Below, one piece after another: positions 9,234 through 19,100 of a DNA stretch of 64,000 nucleotides. The DNA is from Patescibacteria group bacterium (GTDB taxonomy: Bacteria; Patescibacteriota; UBA1384; XYA2-FULL-43-10; 1-14-0-10-43-13): assembly GCA_041674765.1 (NCBI GenBank), contig JBAYVE010000001.1, positions 2,321 through 66,320 on the forward strand, read 5' to 3'. The position numbers and the translations under genes are program-made. Within the stretch, counting starts at the first letter, position 1; each line of letters opens with the position of its first letter. Under the pieces are notes generated by a model, which was given only the letters and a program-made list of their open reading frames with translations, ran no database searches and was not told the origin of the DNA.

Positions 9234-10158
9234 ATTTCTTGGTTCTGACGGTCACATTCACGCCGAGCTTCTTCTCAGTCTTATCAAGCCGCTTTTCATT
9301 TATCTTAGCAAGCCAATCCTTTTTCTTCTTCGGCGCTCCCAATAAACTATGTTTTTCTGCTGCCTTCAGTTCGCGGTCGATCTCCTGAACCACAGGATCA
9401 CTGTCAAGTTCCTTCCGAGCCTCCGCTCTCTCTTTTTTGTTATTTAGGATTTGTTTGTTGACATAAAGCTGCTGAACAATACTAAATACGGTAGTAACAA
9501 TCCAGTAAATAACTAGAGCCGCCGGCATTGATCTGCCAAAGAAAAGAGTAAAGACTGCCGGTAGAAAAAGCATTTGCTTGTTCATCATAGCCATAGGATC
9601 CTTTGGCTCGTCCTCGGCCTTCTTGTTTTTATCCTTTCTCGGCATCATCAGATAAGAGAGTCCCATCTGTAAGACTGCTGCGACTATCGGTAAAATCCAC
9701 TTATCAGGCTCAGAAAGATTGAAGCCCAAAAACATCTGGTTCATTGTTTCAGGATGGGGGATAAAGGAATATAAATCTTTGAAGCCTTCTTCGGTTAATC
9801 CGCTTCGAAAGACAGAGAAGAGAACCCAAAGAATCGGCAGTTGAATTAGGAGTGGCAGACATGAACCAAAAGGGGAGAAACCTTCTTCTTTGTACAGAGC
9901 CATCAACGCTGCTGATTGATCCTTCTGATCTTTGATCTCGCTCTTGATCTTATTAATCCGTGGTTGAAGTTCCATATTCTTGACTTGGGCGTGAGCAGCC
10001 TTCAGCGATGAAGGCAATAAAATAAGTCTGACAATAACCGTCAGAATAATAATCGCAACACCAATTGAATGACCCGGAACAGCCCATGCAAAAAGAATCA
10101 GCAAATTATATAACGGCTGATAAAGAAGAACGTGAAAAAAAGATTTAAATGCTTCCAT
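9232..10158 (-). CDS. yidC: Membrane protein insertase YidC
   Basis: AIIILTVIVRLILLP, GSCLPLLIQLPI, ALVIYW; synteny. Confidence 0.95.
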   Translation of the reverse strand: MEAFKSFFHVLLYQPLYNLLILFAWAVPGHSIGVAIIILTVIVRLILLPSSLKAAHAQVKNMELQPRINKIKSEIKDQKDQSAALMALYKEEGFSPFGSCLPLLIQLPILWVLFSVFRSGLTEEGFKDLYSFIPHPETMNQMFLGFNLSEPDKWILPIVAAVLQMGLSYLMMPRKDKNKKAEDEPKDPMAMMNKQMLFLPAVFTLFFGRSMPAALVIYWIVTTVFSIVQQLYVNKQILNNKKERAEARKELDSDPVVQEIDRELKAAEKHSLLGAPKKKKDWLAKINEKRLDKTEKKLGVNVTVRTKK

Positions 10159-10183
10159 AAGATATAAATTAATTATTTATTGA

Positions 10184-10420
10184 TTATTTAATAGAGTCAA
10201 AACCGCCTTTACTCCATGGGTTGCAACGCAGAACACGCCAAGTTGATAAGGCCATGCCGTAAATAACACCTTTTTTTAGAATTGCTTCTTTGGCATACTC
10301 CGAGCAGGTTGGCGTAAACTTACAGTATCCGCCAGGATGACGATGCCTAAGCCAGCTATGATCAGGTGATAATGTTTTCTGGTATATGCCGATTAAAAAG
10401 ATAAGAAATTTCTTTATCAT
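10184..10420 (-). CDS. yidD: Membrane protein insertion efficiency factor YidD
   Basis: CKFTPTCSEYA...RVLRCNPWSKGGFD. Confidence 0.95.
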   Translation of the reverse strand: MIKKFLIFLIGIYQKTLSPDHSWLRHRHPGGYCKFTPTCSEYAKEAILKKGVIYGMALSTWRVLRCNPWSKGGFDSIK

Positions 10421-10767
10421 TTTATCGCCCCAATTCTAGAAAGCCCGCAGGTAAGGTCTTTCTTGATATCTTCCCTGACCCGATCACCAGAGTAAGCCTC
10501 TTTTATCCCGATTATAATATCGAGTCCGCCTTTAATCTCCGATAGGTTATCCAGAATAAGCGCTCGTAATTGCCGCCGAAGAAAGTTACGCCTAGTAGCC
10601 CTTTTGTCAATCTTATTACTGATAATAAAACCAAACCGCGTAAGCGTCTGACTATTTGGATTTTGAGCAGCCCTAAGATAAAGATGGCCTGAGTAAACCG
10701 GCTTTGATAACTTAAATACTTTTTGAAAGTCTCTCTGCTTCTGTAAACGATTGTTCTTCTTAAGCAT
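10417..10767 (-). CDS. rnpA: Ribonuclease P protein component
   Basis: MLKKNNRL..DFQKVF, RFGFIISNKIDKRATRRN..RR. Confidence 0.93.
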   Translation of the reverse strand: MLKKNNRLQKQRDFQKVFKLSKPVYSGHLYLRAAQNPNSQTLTRFGFIISNKIDKRATRRNFLRRQLRALILDNLSEIKGGLDIIIGIKEAYSGDRVREDIKKDLTCGLSRIGAIK

Positions 10768-10773
10768 AGAATT

Positions 10774-10802
10774 ACACTATCATTTAAGGCTGCTGATTGC
10801 AA
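10774..10802 (-). promoter_or_regulatory. Promoter of rnpA, probably leaderless
   Basis: TTGCAA, 17 nt, (TG-n)TAGTGT, ending 6 nt before the ATG. Confidence 0.55.
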
Positions 10803-10842
10803 AGTAAAAAGCGCTATATCCTAGATCAGACTCTGAGTTCAT

Positions 10843-10868
10843 AAAAAAATGAGCTAAAAGCTCATTTT
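10843..10868 (-). terminator. Terminator after rpmH
   Basis: AAAATGAGCT-ttt-AGCTCATTTT followed by a T-run on the minus strand. Confidence 0.6.
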
Positions 10869-10870
10869 CC

Positions 10871-11005
10871 TTAGGCAGATAGAGTTTTCCGGCCTTTGGC
10901 TCGTCTGCGTTTCAACACAAGACGGCCAGCCAGGCTGGACATTCTCTTCAAAAAACCGTGTCTCTTTGATCTTTTTCTTTTGTTTGGTTGGAAAGTTCTT
11001 TTCAT
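10871..11005 (-). CDS. rpmH: 50S ribosomal protein L34
   Basis: Manual translation [44 protein letters not shown] (44 aa, below the track cut-off). Confidence 0.97.
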   Translation of the reverse strand: MKRTFQPNKRKRSKRHGFLKRMSSLAGRLVLKRRRAKGRKTLSA

Positions 11006-11426
11006 AGTAACCATATTTATAACATAATTTTCGACTCATTTCAACCCATAGAAACGTGGTTCCGAAAACCTTACTTTTTCCCTGTTTCTTATTGTTCGAG
11101 GAGGAACGACGAGAACTTTGGTCACTTATTAGTACAGCGACAGACTTCTCATTTCAAAGAGCACCATTCGAAGAATAAATACATTTAATAGGGTTTTAGG
11201 GAATCACAAATAGAAACTACGGTTTGGATTACAGCAAATATTCTGGTAGTGATTCATTTACTACCTTCCCGCTGCACCCGTACAACCAGACTACACCATA
11301 TATCATCCAAACCCAACGTTGCCATTACTGCCGAACTACTTGATACCTCACTCCCTAGATGTTTAATTTCTTTACCACTCTCTTACTGGATAATTTATGC
11401 TTCGAAACGCGCTGTATTGCATACCT

Positions 11427-11435
11427 TGTGGATAA
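11427..11435 (-). promoter_or_regulatory. Consensus DnaA box upstream of dnaA
   Basis: TGTGGATAA is the reverse complement of TTATCCACA. Confidence 0.8.
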
Positions 11436-11473
11436 CTTGATAATATTTTGAAGACGAAACAACTTACAATTGG

Positions 11474-12868
11474 ATGCTTATGGATTTAGTAGATTTATGG
11501 CGTAACGCCCTAGGAGAGTTACAGATTACCCTGTCGAAGCCAAGCTTTGAAACTTGGTTCAAGAACACTTTCATTTTTGAGTTTAAAAAAGGAAACTTTA
11601 CGATTGGTGTGCCGACTTTCTTCGTTGAGGACTGGCTAAAGAAGAAGTATATCAAAGAGATAATGCGAGCGCTACAAAAACAGATCGATGAGCCGATCAT
11701 AGCCATCAAATTTAAAATAGCCATACCCGCCCCAGAACAGGTTATCGCCTTTGATAAGAACAAAGTTATCCACAAGCCTGTGGACAAACGGTCCGAAGCG
11801 GTAGCTGTTATTTCTCCACCGAGCTTTCCCAAAAGCGCCAACCTAAATGATAGTTATGTTTTTGAAAACTTTGTAGTCGGCCAATCAAATCAATTAGCGT
11901 TTGCTGCTGCACAAGCAGTCGCCAAGGGTCCGGGAACTCTTTACAACCCTCTCTTTATCTATGGAGACTCAGGACTCGGCAAAACTCATCTGATGCAAGC
12001 AATTGGACATGAACTCCTAAAGGACCATCCCAATAAACAGGTTCTTTACGTCTCGACCGAAACATTTGTCAACGATTTTATTCAGGCTGTCGGATCGGGT
12101 TTTGGCAAGGCAAAGGATTTTAAGAACAGATACCGCAATGTGGATCTATTACTAATCGATGATATCCAATTCCTCTCAACCAAAGAACAGACTCAGGACG
12201 AGTTTTTCCACACATTCAACCATCTTCATCAGAACAAAAAACAGGTCGTCCTGACATCAGATAGGACACCTAAAGATATCAAAGGATTGGAATCCAGACT
12301 CAAGACAAGGTTCGAAGGAGGTATGGTCTGCGATATTTCCTACCCCGATCTGGAAACAAGAGAAGCAATTCTACAGCACAAAGCGGTCCAGCTAAATAAG
12401 GTTGTTGACCCCGGGGTGATTACCTTCATCGCCGAAGTCGTTAAATCTTCTGTTCGGGAGCTGGAGGGAGCTCTCAATAAAATAATCGCCACTTGTGAGC
12501 TTACCAATACTGCCCTGACACTAGAGAAAGCAGCCGAAATTCTAGATAACATTATCGAAGATAAAAAGACTGTCATTACTTCCGACTTGGTAATTCGGGA
12601 GGTGCACAAGTATTATAAATTACCAATCGAAGAGATCATCAGCAAAAAAAGGACAAAAGAATTGGTATTACCGAGACAAATAACCATGTACCTTTTACGT
12701 CATGAATGCGGGCTGTCCTTTCCGGAGATAGGCAGAGAGATGGGTGGTAAGGATCATTCCACTATCATGCATGGTTGCAACAAGATAGAAGCATGTATCT
12801 CCAGCAACAACCGAGTTAAAGAGGATCTGAATAACTTAAAGGAACAAATATTTTCCGGGTACCGGTAA
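11474..12868 (+). CDS. dnaA: Chromosomal replication initiator DnaA
   Basis: YNPLFIYGDSGLGKTHL, LLIDDIQF, FFHTFN, DHSTIMH. Confidence 0.99.
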   Translation: MLMDLVDLWRNALGELQITLSKPSFETWFKNTFIFEFKKGNFTIGVPTFFVEDWLKKKYIKEIMRALQKQIDEPIIAIKFKIAIPAPEQVIAFDKNKVIHKPVDKRSEAVAVISPPSFPKSANLNDSYVFENFVVGQSNQLAFAAAQAVAKGPGTLYNPLFIYGDSGLGKTHLMQAIGHELLKDHPNKQVLYVSTETFVNDFIQAVGSGFGKAKDFKNRYRNVDLLLIDDIQFLSTKEQTQDEFFHTFNHLHQNKKQVVLTSDRTPKDIKGLESRLKTRFEGGMVCDISYPDLETREAILQHKAVQLNKVVDPGVITFIAEVVKSSVRELEGALNKIIATCELTNTALTLEKAAEILDNIIEDKKTVITSDLVIREVHKYYKLPIEEIISKKRTKELVLPRQITMYLLRHECGLSFPEIGREMGGKDHSTIMHGCNKIEACISSNNRVKEDLNNLKEQIFSGYR

Positions 12869-13280
12869 TAAAATAATAGCTTATTTAAGTAATAGTAATA
12901 ATAAGGGGTGTGGATACTGTGGGCAATTGAAAAAATCCTATGCCAGAGCTATAAACAAGAGCAATGATCTGTGGAAAAACCTGGAAATAACAAAGTTGAT
13001 AAACAGTTGATAAGTGACAAACTATTTTCAGAAATAGGTTAGAAGACCCTTTATACACTTTTTATCCACCAGGCTCTCTCGAATAACCGGTAGTTCTGTC
13101 CACAGGTCTTACCGGTAGGTGGAAAAAAGCCAATATAGAACAGCTAAATTGCGTCAGGACTTATTCACAGTTTTTATAGGAAGTGTTGATAACATCAAAG
13201 ACAGTTCGTAAAGTTGAAAAATTTATAAGTTGTTGAAGTGATCGCTTGTCTTAAAATTTTTTACTTTACGAATTAAGAAT
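12869..13280. other. oriC: Replication origin oriC (dnaA-dnaN intergenic)
   Basis: AT-rich tract; trios AAG TAA TAG TAA TAA TAA, then GGGG, then TGTGGATAC and TGTGGGCAA (12887-12926). Further box-like 9-mers: TGTGGAAAA 12970, TTATACACT 13051, TTATCCACC 13062, CTGTCCACA 13096, TTATTCACA 13161. Confidence 0.9.
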
Positions 13281-14396
13281 ATGAGGAGCACAATGAAAAT
13301 AGTATTGCTGCAATCGAATTTTGCAAAAGCGCTGAACCAGGTATCCAGAGTCGTCGGGGCCCGTACGACCCTACCTGTTTTGAGTAATGTTTTGTTATCT
13401 GCCAAAAAAGGCAAGATAAGACTCTCTGCGACCGATCTGGAAGTTGGTATCACAACTCAGACTGTCGGCAAGATAGAAGAAGAGGGTGAGCTGACCTTGC
13501 CGGCCAGACTGCTATCTGATTTTATCTCAAATAATAAAGACGAGTCGATTGAGATTACTACAGAAGGAATGGTCGCCACCTTGAAGTCAAGTCATTTCGA
13601 GGCAACAATCCAAGGGATTTCTGCCGAGGAGTTTCCGACAGTTCCAGAAGCCCCGAAGGAGTATTATTCTTCTGTTAAAAGAGGGGAATTGGCTGACGCG
13701 TTGAAAAAGGTAAATCTAGCGGCTGCCAATGACGAATCAAGGCCGGCGCTAGCAGGTGTTTTTTGGCAATTTGACTCGGGTGCCCTGACTTTAGCGGCGA
13801 CAGATTCATACCGTTTGGCCGAGAAGAAACTAATTCTAGAGAAGAATGTAGAGAAAAAAGATATTATTATTCCAGGTAGGACGATGAATGAAATTGCCCG
13901 GTTATTGGGAGCTGAGGAGGTTGAAGATGTCCTGTTGGCGGTCGCAGATAATCAAGTAACATTTAAGGTAGGGGATATTTTGATCGTCTCCAGACTCATT
14001 GAGGGTGTGTTCCCCAACTATAGGCAGATTATTCCAACCGGTTATAAAACAACAGTGAAAGCCGGTCTATCAGGACTTCAGTCAGCTGTTAAAATGTCTT
14101 CTCTGTTCGCCAAGGACTCGGCTAACAATAATATTAAACTTGTGGTCGATAAGGTGCTAACAGTGGTCTCATCGGTATCTCAGACTGGCAGCGCAAAATC
14201 AACGGTGGATGCCGAAATTTCCGGTACCGGTCTGACAATAGCCTTCAACGCTAGATATGTCCTTGATGTTCTCTCGGTTATCGGTGGGGACAAAGTGATC
14301 TTTCAGTTTAATGAAAGTAGTTCTGCTGCCCTAATCAAATCTGAGAAAGACGAGAATTACAACTATATTATAATGCCGTTGAAGGCTGAGAGCTAG
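13281..14396 (+). CDS. dnaN: DNA polymerase III beta sliding clamp
   Basis: LPVLSNVLL, ATDLEVG, ATDSYRLA, SRLIEGVFPNY, IMPL; likely start ATG 13293. Confidence 0.98.
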   Translation: MRSTMKIVLLQSNFAKALNQVSRVVGARTTLPVLSNVLLSAKKGKIRLSATDLEVGITTQTVGKIEEEGELTLPARLLSDFISNNKDESIEITTEGMVATLKSSHFEATIQGISAEEFPTVPEAPKEYYSSVKRGELADALKKVNLAAANDESRPALAGVFWQFDSGALTLAATDSYRLAEKKLILEKNVEKKDIIIPGRTMNEIARLLGAEEVEDVLLAVADNQVTFKVGDILIVSRLIEGVFPNYRQIIPTGYKTTVKAGLSGLQSAVKMSSLFAKDSANNNIKLVVDKVLTVVSSVSQTGSAKSTVDAEISGTGLTIAFNARYVLDVLSVIGGDKVIFQFNESSSAALIKSEKDENYNYIIMPLKAES

Positions 14397-14400
14397 TATT

Positions 14401-14512
14401 AACTAAAAAGTAAAAACGAAAAAGTTAAAATTAGTGTGTTCGTATCACAAACGAGTTATTTATATATTCAGCCACGAAGTGGCTACTAAACTTTTACATT
14501 TTTACCTTTAAC
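14401..14512. repeat. Inverted heptamer-periodic repeat with internal mini-hairpins
   Basis: TAAAAAG TAAAAAC GAAAAAG TTAAAA ... TTTTACA TTTTTAC CTTTAAC; internal AGCCAC-GAA-GTGGCT. Confidence 0.55.
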
Positions 14513-14516
14513 AAAA

Positions 14517-15575
14517 ATGTTAAAACACTTGAAATTAGAGAACTATCGCAATCATCAGCAACTGGAGATTGAACTGTCGGAAATAACGGTTTTGATCGGA
14601 AGGAACGGGGCCGGTAAAAGCAATATCTTAGAAGCGATTGCAATGCTGTCCTTCTGCCGTTCTTTTCGTGATGACGCGAAGAAGAATGTTGTCTTTTTTG
14701 AAGCCGATTATGCAAGAATTCGGAGTGGTGAATTGGAGGTCTTTATACAGAAGAATCCGGTTTTTCTATTGAAACCAAAAAGCAAAGGAGTTGCCAGAAA
14801 ACAATCGGAGTTTATCGGCCAGCTCCGCTGTGTTATTTTTTCACCGGAGTCCTTAGAGCTGGTGTCAGGCTCGCCAAAACAGAGAAGACGGTTCTTGGAT
14901 ATAATGATAAGTCAGAGGAATCCGGAGTATCTAAATGCATTGATCGCCTATGAAAAGGTGCGGTCGGAGCGGAATTCGCTTTTGTTAATGATTCTACAAC
15001 ATAGGGCTTCCGAACCGGAATTGGATTTCTGGGATAATGAGATTGCCAAATATGGGCAGATTATTATCGGAGAAAGGCAGAAAGCGATCGGCCTGGTCAA
15101 TGAATTAATTTCAACTATCTATGGGAAAATATCAGGGAGCCCCAATGATCATCTTAGAATCGAATATGAGTCGAACGCCATCGGAGAAGATTATCTAGGT
15201 GGATTAGCAGCGACGAGGAGGAGAGAAATAGCGGCCGCTCGTACCGTTTTTGGCCCTCACCGTGATGACTTCAGATTTATATTAAACAATCATGATATGG
15301 GAAATTTTGCCTCGAGAGGAGAGACTAAATCTGCTGTCTTAGCTTTGAAGATGGCGGAGCTGGCTTTTCTAACAAACAGTTCCAAGGAAAAACCGATTTT
15401 ACTTTTGGATGATGTTTTCTCAGAATTTGACCAGTATCGCCGAAAACAATTAATAGAGGTTGTCCAAGGTTATCAAACGGTAATCTCAACAACCGACCGC
15501 AGTAATCTTTCGGAGCAACTTTTAAGCCATGCTAAAATTATTCAGTTAGCACAGTGTAATTCACAGAATTTTTAA
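14517..15575 (+). CDS. recF: DNA replication and repair protein RecF
   Basis: NYRN, GRNGAGKSN, RRRFLD, GPHRDD, SRGE, LLLDDVFSEFD. Confidence 0.96.
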   Translation: MLKHLKLENYRNHQQLEIELSEITVLIGRNGAGKSNILEAIAMLSFCRSFRDDAKKNVVFFEADYARIRSGELEVFIQKNPVFLLKPKSKGVARKQSEFIGQLRCVIFSPESLELVSGSPKQRRRFLDIMISQRNPEYLNALIAYEKVRSERNSLLLMILQHRASEPELDFWDNEIAKYGQIIIGERQKAIGLVNELISTIYGKISGSPNDHLRIEYESNAIGEDYLGGLAATRRREIAAARTVFGPHRDDFRFILNNHDMGNFASRGETKSAVLALKMAELAFLTNSSKEKPILLLDDVFSEFDQYRRKQLIEVVQGYQTVISTTDRSNLSEQLLSHAKIIQLAQCNSQNF

Positions 15576-15577
15576 CT

Positions 15578-15874
15578 ATGAAAAAGATAGATAAGATTTT
15601 GAGCGATAGCCTAACCAAGAAAGGCATCGGACAGGCTGCCAAGAGCGCCCTGGTTTGTTTTTGGGCAGACAAGTGGGGAAACGGTCGTTTTTCCGTTATA
15701 AGCTTCCAAAACGGCATTTTGAAGGTTTCTGTGGAATCATCCCCGGCTGCATCTGAGTTAGAAATAGCTAAAGAGGATCTGATTGATGAGGTCAACAAAA
15801 AAGCAAACAAACGGATAGTTCGTCAGGTTAGAATTTTAGTCGGGAGACAAAGACGGGACTCTGTTCTAAATTAA
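15578..15874 (+). CDS. dciA: DciA/DUF721 family helicase-loader protein
   Basis: Position after recF; GILKVSVESSPAASEL...LIDEVN...VRQVRI pattern. Confidence 0.75.
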   Translation: MKKIDKILSDSLTKKGIGQAAKSALVCFWADKWGNGRFSVISFQNGILKVSVESSPAASELEIAKEDLIDEVNKKANKRIVRQVRILVGRQRRDSVLN

Positions 15875-15991
15875 AGAATCCAGCCGTCCAAGAGAGAGCA
15901 GAGAAGCACCGGAAACTAGAATTATCCCATTAGAAAAGAACTAATTGAATTGATCTTGGGTATGTCAAAAGTCTTTGAATCGAAATAACAC

Positions 15992-16099
15992 TGTCATTTC
16001 GACCCCTCGATGTGTTGTCTAGGTTGGAGAAATCTTTGGAGAGTCAATACTTATGGTTTGCTAAATCTCTTTGGTTAATTAGCACCGCTCGAGGCGACA
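15992..16099. repeat. Decayed TGTCAT...GACA-ended palindromic element
   Basis: TGTCATTTCGA ... GGAGAAATCT ... TCGAGGCGACA. The ends pair with wobbles and share the terminal tag of the xer insertion. Confidence 0.45.
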
Positions 16100-16130
16100 A
16101 AAAAAGTTCTATTTTATTAACCCAAATAAA

Positions 16131-16163
16131 CCACCCCTAGCCCCTCCTTGAAAAGGAAGGGAA
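16131..16163 (+). repeat. C-rich-leader hairpin repeat
   Basis: CCACCCCTAG-CCCCTCCTT-GAA-AAGGAAGGG; same layout as the femAB insertion. Confidence 0.5.
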
Positions 16164-16173
16164 TGTAACGGGA

Positions 16174-19100
16174 TTAGAACCCTACATGCGTCCAGACGGT
16201 CGTTTGGGTGTTGGCCCAGAGACCCTCTTTTGTTTTTGCTTTGCCCTCGCTATCAAAGCCAAGGCAGATGCCGTTGACAGCCAAAGCGTCTTTGCCAAGG
16301 CGTTGCTGGCAGATATTAGTCGAAACCATGTCATTCCAAAAAGTGACATCCTCTGAACGTCCAGTCATTATTTGTGTTGGGATAAGGGCTTCGCCGGTCG
16401 AATCGTTGTATTTACTGTCGTACTGAATAGAAAGGACGTCTCCGATCAATCTCCTGGCCTTATATTGAGCCGCTAGAATTTTCTTTTTTTCCAATGTCTT
16501 ATTCAGGGCTGATGAATGGGCGGCATTTCCGCCGAAAACGCCTATGCCGGAGATATCATTTTTTTGCATTGCAGAGGAAGGAATTGTAAAATTATTCACC
16601 GGTGTATCAAGAAGGGATAAAGGATCACCCGACAAATTTATGTTTTGGTTTCCAGAAGATCTGCCGCTAAGTTTATCCCAGAAACTAGAAGGAGGAGAAG
16701 AGTCCTTATAAGGGTAATATCCATCAACAGAGCACCAATACTCAACACGGTAAGTAGAGAAGAGATTGATGGCCAGAAAAGTCAGGAGTGTTATAGCGAT
16801 TGTTACCGGATCGACCATCGGAATTATCCAGGCGCCAGCGATAGCATGGGCTGCAATAGCGATACTGGCATATGCAGCGGTGCTTACTAACACCATCAGA
16901 CTACCTGGCACAAGATTTAAGTCCTCTTCCCAGCCCGAGATCGTTTCGCCAAGGTACTTTTCAACTAGATAATCAATCGTCATTTGAACAATAATCTGGA
17001 AGGCTGCAGCTCGAAGGGCTTTGGCATTATCAACTTTGATTTGCTCGACCGTTTCTGCGGCCTGGGCATTCTCCAGATTTGTTTGGAATCTTTGTACCTG
17101 GCCGGCCATGCCGGCGTTTACTGCCTCGTCATATAGCCGTTGGGCTTCTTGGACATTTTCGGTTGCAGTTTGAAGAGACTTTTGGGCGCTTCGAAGAGCC
17201 TGATTCGCTTTATAAGCGTCGATACCTGACTTCGCAAGTCTAAAGGATGTGCCTTCTGAGACACCGAGAGCCCTGTCAGCCCAATTAAATACTCTTCCGA
17301 CGCCCCAATTCACAATAGCCTGTCCGAGCGTTGGAACAGATGCTCCGCCGATAGTTTGATTGGCATTGCCCTGAATTCCTTCGAAGCTGAAGGAATTAAT
17401 ACCCCAGTCATTGGTTGAAAGTCCGACTAAAATTCCCTTGGCCATATCGGGAGTGATTGAGAAGCGAAAAATCTTCTCAAAGCCTTTAGCCATATAATTC
17501 GCAAAATATTGAAAAGACTGACCGTTGTTTACCTTGATTAGAGTCTCTAAGGCAGCCATATTGTTGCCTTGGATCATACTGCTAGCATAAACCAGAATAT
17601 CGCCCCACTCCTGAACATTCTTTACGGCGTCAAATTTGACGCCAAATAAGTGACCGTTTGTCACTCCTCGTTTGACATATTTGACGATAGCAGCAGTCTT
17701 GATTTCTCCATTGCCTTTTATAATTGCCTCTGCAAAGCCAGGATAAATATTTGTGTCCAGCTTCCAAAGTCCGATATCCAGAGCTCGGTATTCGAGAATC
17801 TCAATAGCACGGTTTTTGGCTGATCCATTGACATCTTGGACGTCTGCGGCGTTAGCTCTTGAAGGATCGTTTAGAGTGTTAAGTTTCCTCTCCAAAGGTT
17901 CTACTCTAATCGCCTGTTCATCTTGAATACACGAATTAATCTTATGTTGTTGCTCATACCTATCCGTACACGAGTTTTTAATCGAAGTATTTTCCCTATT
18001 TATCTGAGTTTGGAGATCGACTTTTGCCTGTTCATACTTTTCAGGGGTGTAGTCATACTGTCTTTCGACGGTGGCTTGCACACTTTCAACCGGTGATTTG
18101 AAAGCATCTACCTGACCGAGACAATCAATGCCTTTTGCAAAATCATTGCCGCCCGTCTTTGCGCATTCCGGAGCCCCCGGAGCGTACTCAGTTACCTCGG
18201 GATTGGCCGAGTTACCAGTAGCATCCTTGTAGGCTGCTAGTTTTTGAGCGCTTTTGGTAGATAGACCATAAATTGAGTTACGGATCATCTCATATGTGAT
18301 AAAAAACTCTGCCGGGATAGGAGTCTTTGTATCAACGCCATCGATTTTTTTGATTGCATAATTGGAGGTCAGTGCCATAGTAATAACGCTGATCGCTCTG
18401 TTGCTATCTCGGCCAAAGAGATCTTTCAAATCAGCGGTTGGGACATCAACGCCGATAAAAACACCGCCGATTGTTAAATTGGCAATCTTTTTATGCAGCT
18501 GTTCTATCGCTGCGTTTTGGAGCCAAAGCCGGGCCCGATCTGCCAAGACTTCATTTTTTGGAATTGTACCTTTATCGATATCCTGTTTTTGGGCAATCGA
18601 TCTTCTGGCCGTGATTTTGCATTCTGTCTCTTGTGCATTTAGAGCGTTGATTTGCAGTACGGCATCATCTCTGTCTGCTACGGCATTTTCATATTCATCT
18701 GAACCGACAACGGTCTTGGATATCTCTTTTTCTGCTCCCGACTTGATCAGCGCCAGTCTAAGTTGCTCATCTGCATAAGTGGCCCGACACTGATCATCGG
18801 CACTTTTTACATCAGTTGGCAGAAGGGCTTTATAAATTCCGCTAAAAGATGCTTGGCTGGTGCTATTTAGATCGGCCTGTTCATCAAGCTTGGCTGCTAT
18901 GACTCCCATCATCGTTGAATAGGCGGTATCAGGATTCTCGATTATACTTAAAATTGTGGTTTGCGGAATGCTCAATTTATCTGCAAGTTTATATTTGAAT
19001 AAATTAGTCAAACCGTCGAAGAGCAAGGCATAATTCTTATAATCAGGGTTACTACTCTCTCCAGATATAGAGAATGTTGGCGCAGTAAAGATTGCCCTGA

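Noticed and set aside
10854-11039. 61-aa minus-strand track ORF
   Set aside because: Wrong frame; the real gene is rpmH at 10871-11005.
11006-11426. Short ORFs 10988-11188 and 11249-11440 and a C-rich tract between rpmH and dnaA
   Set aside because: No recognisable motif, RBS or structure; treated as regulatory spacer.
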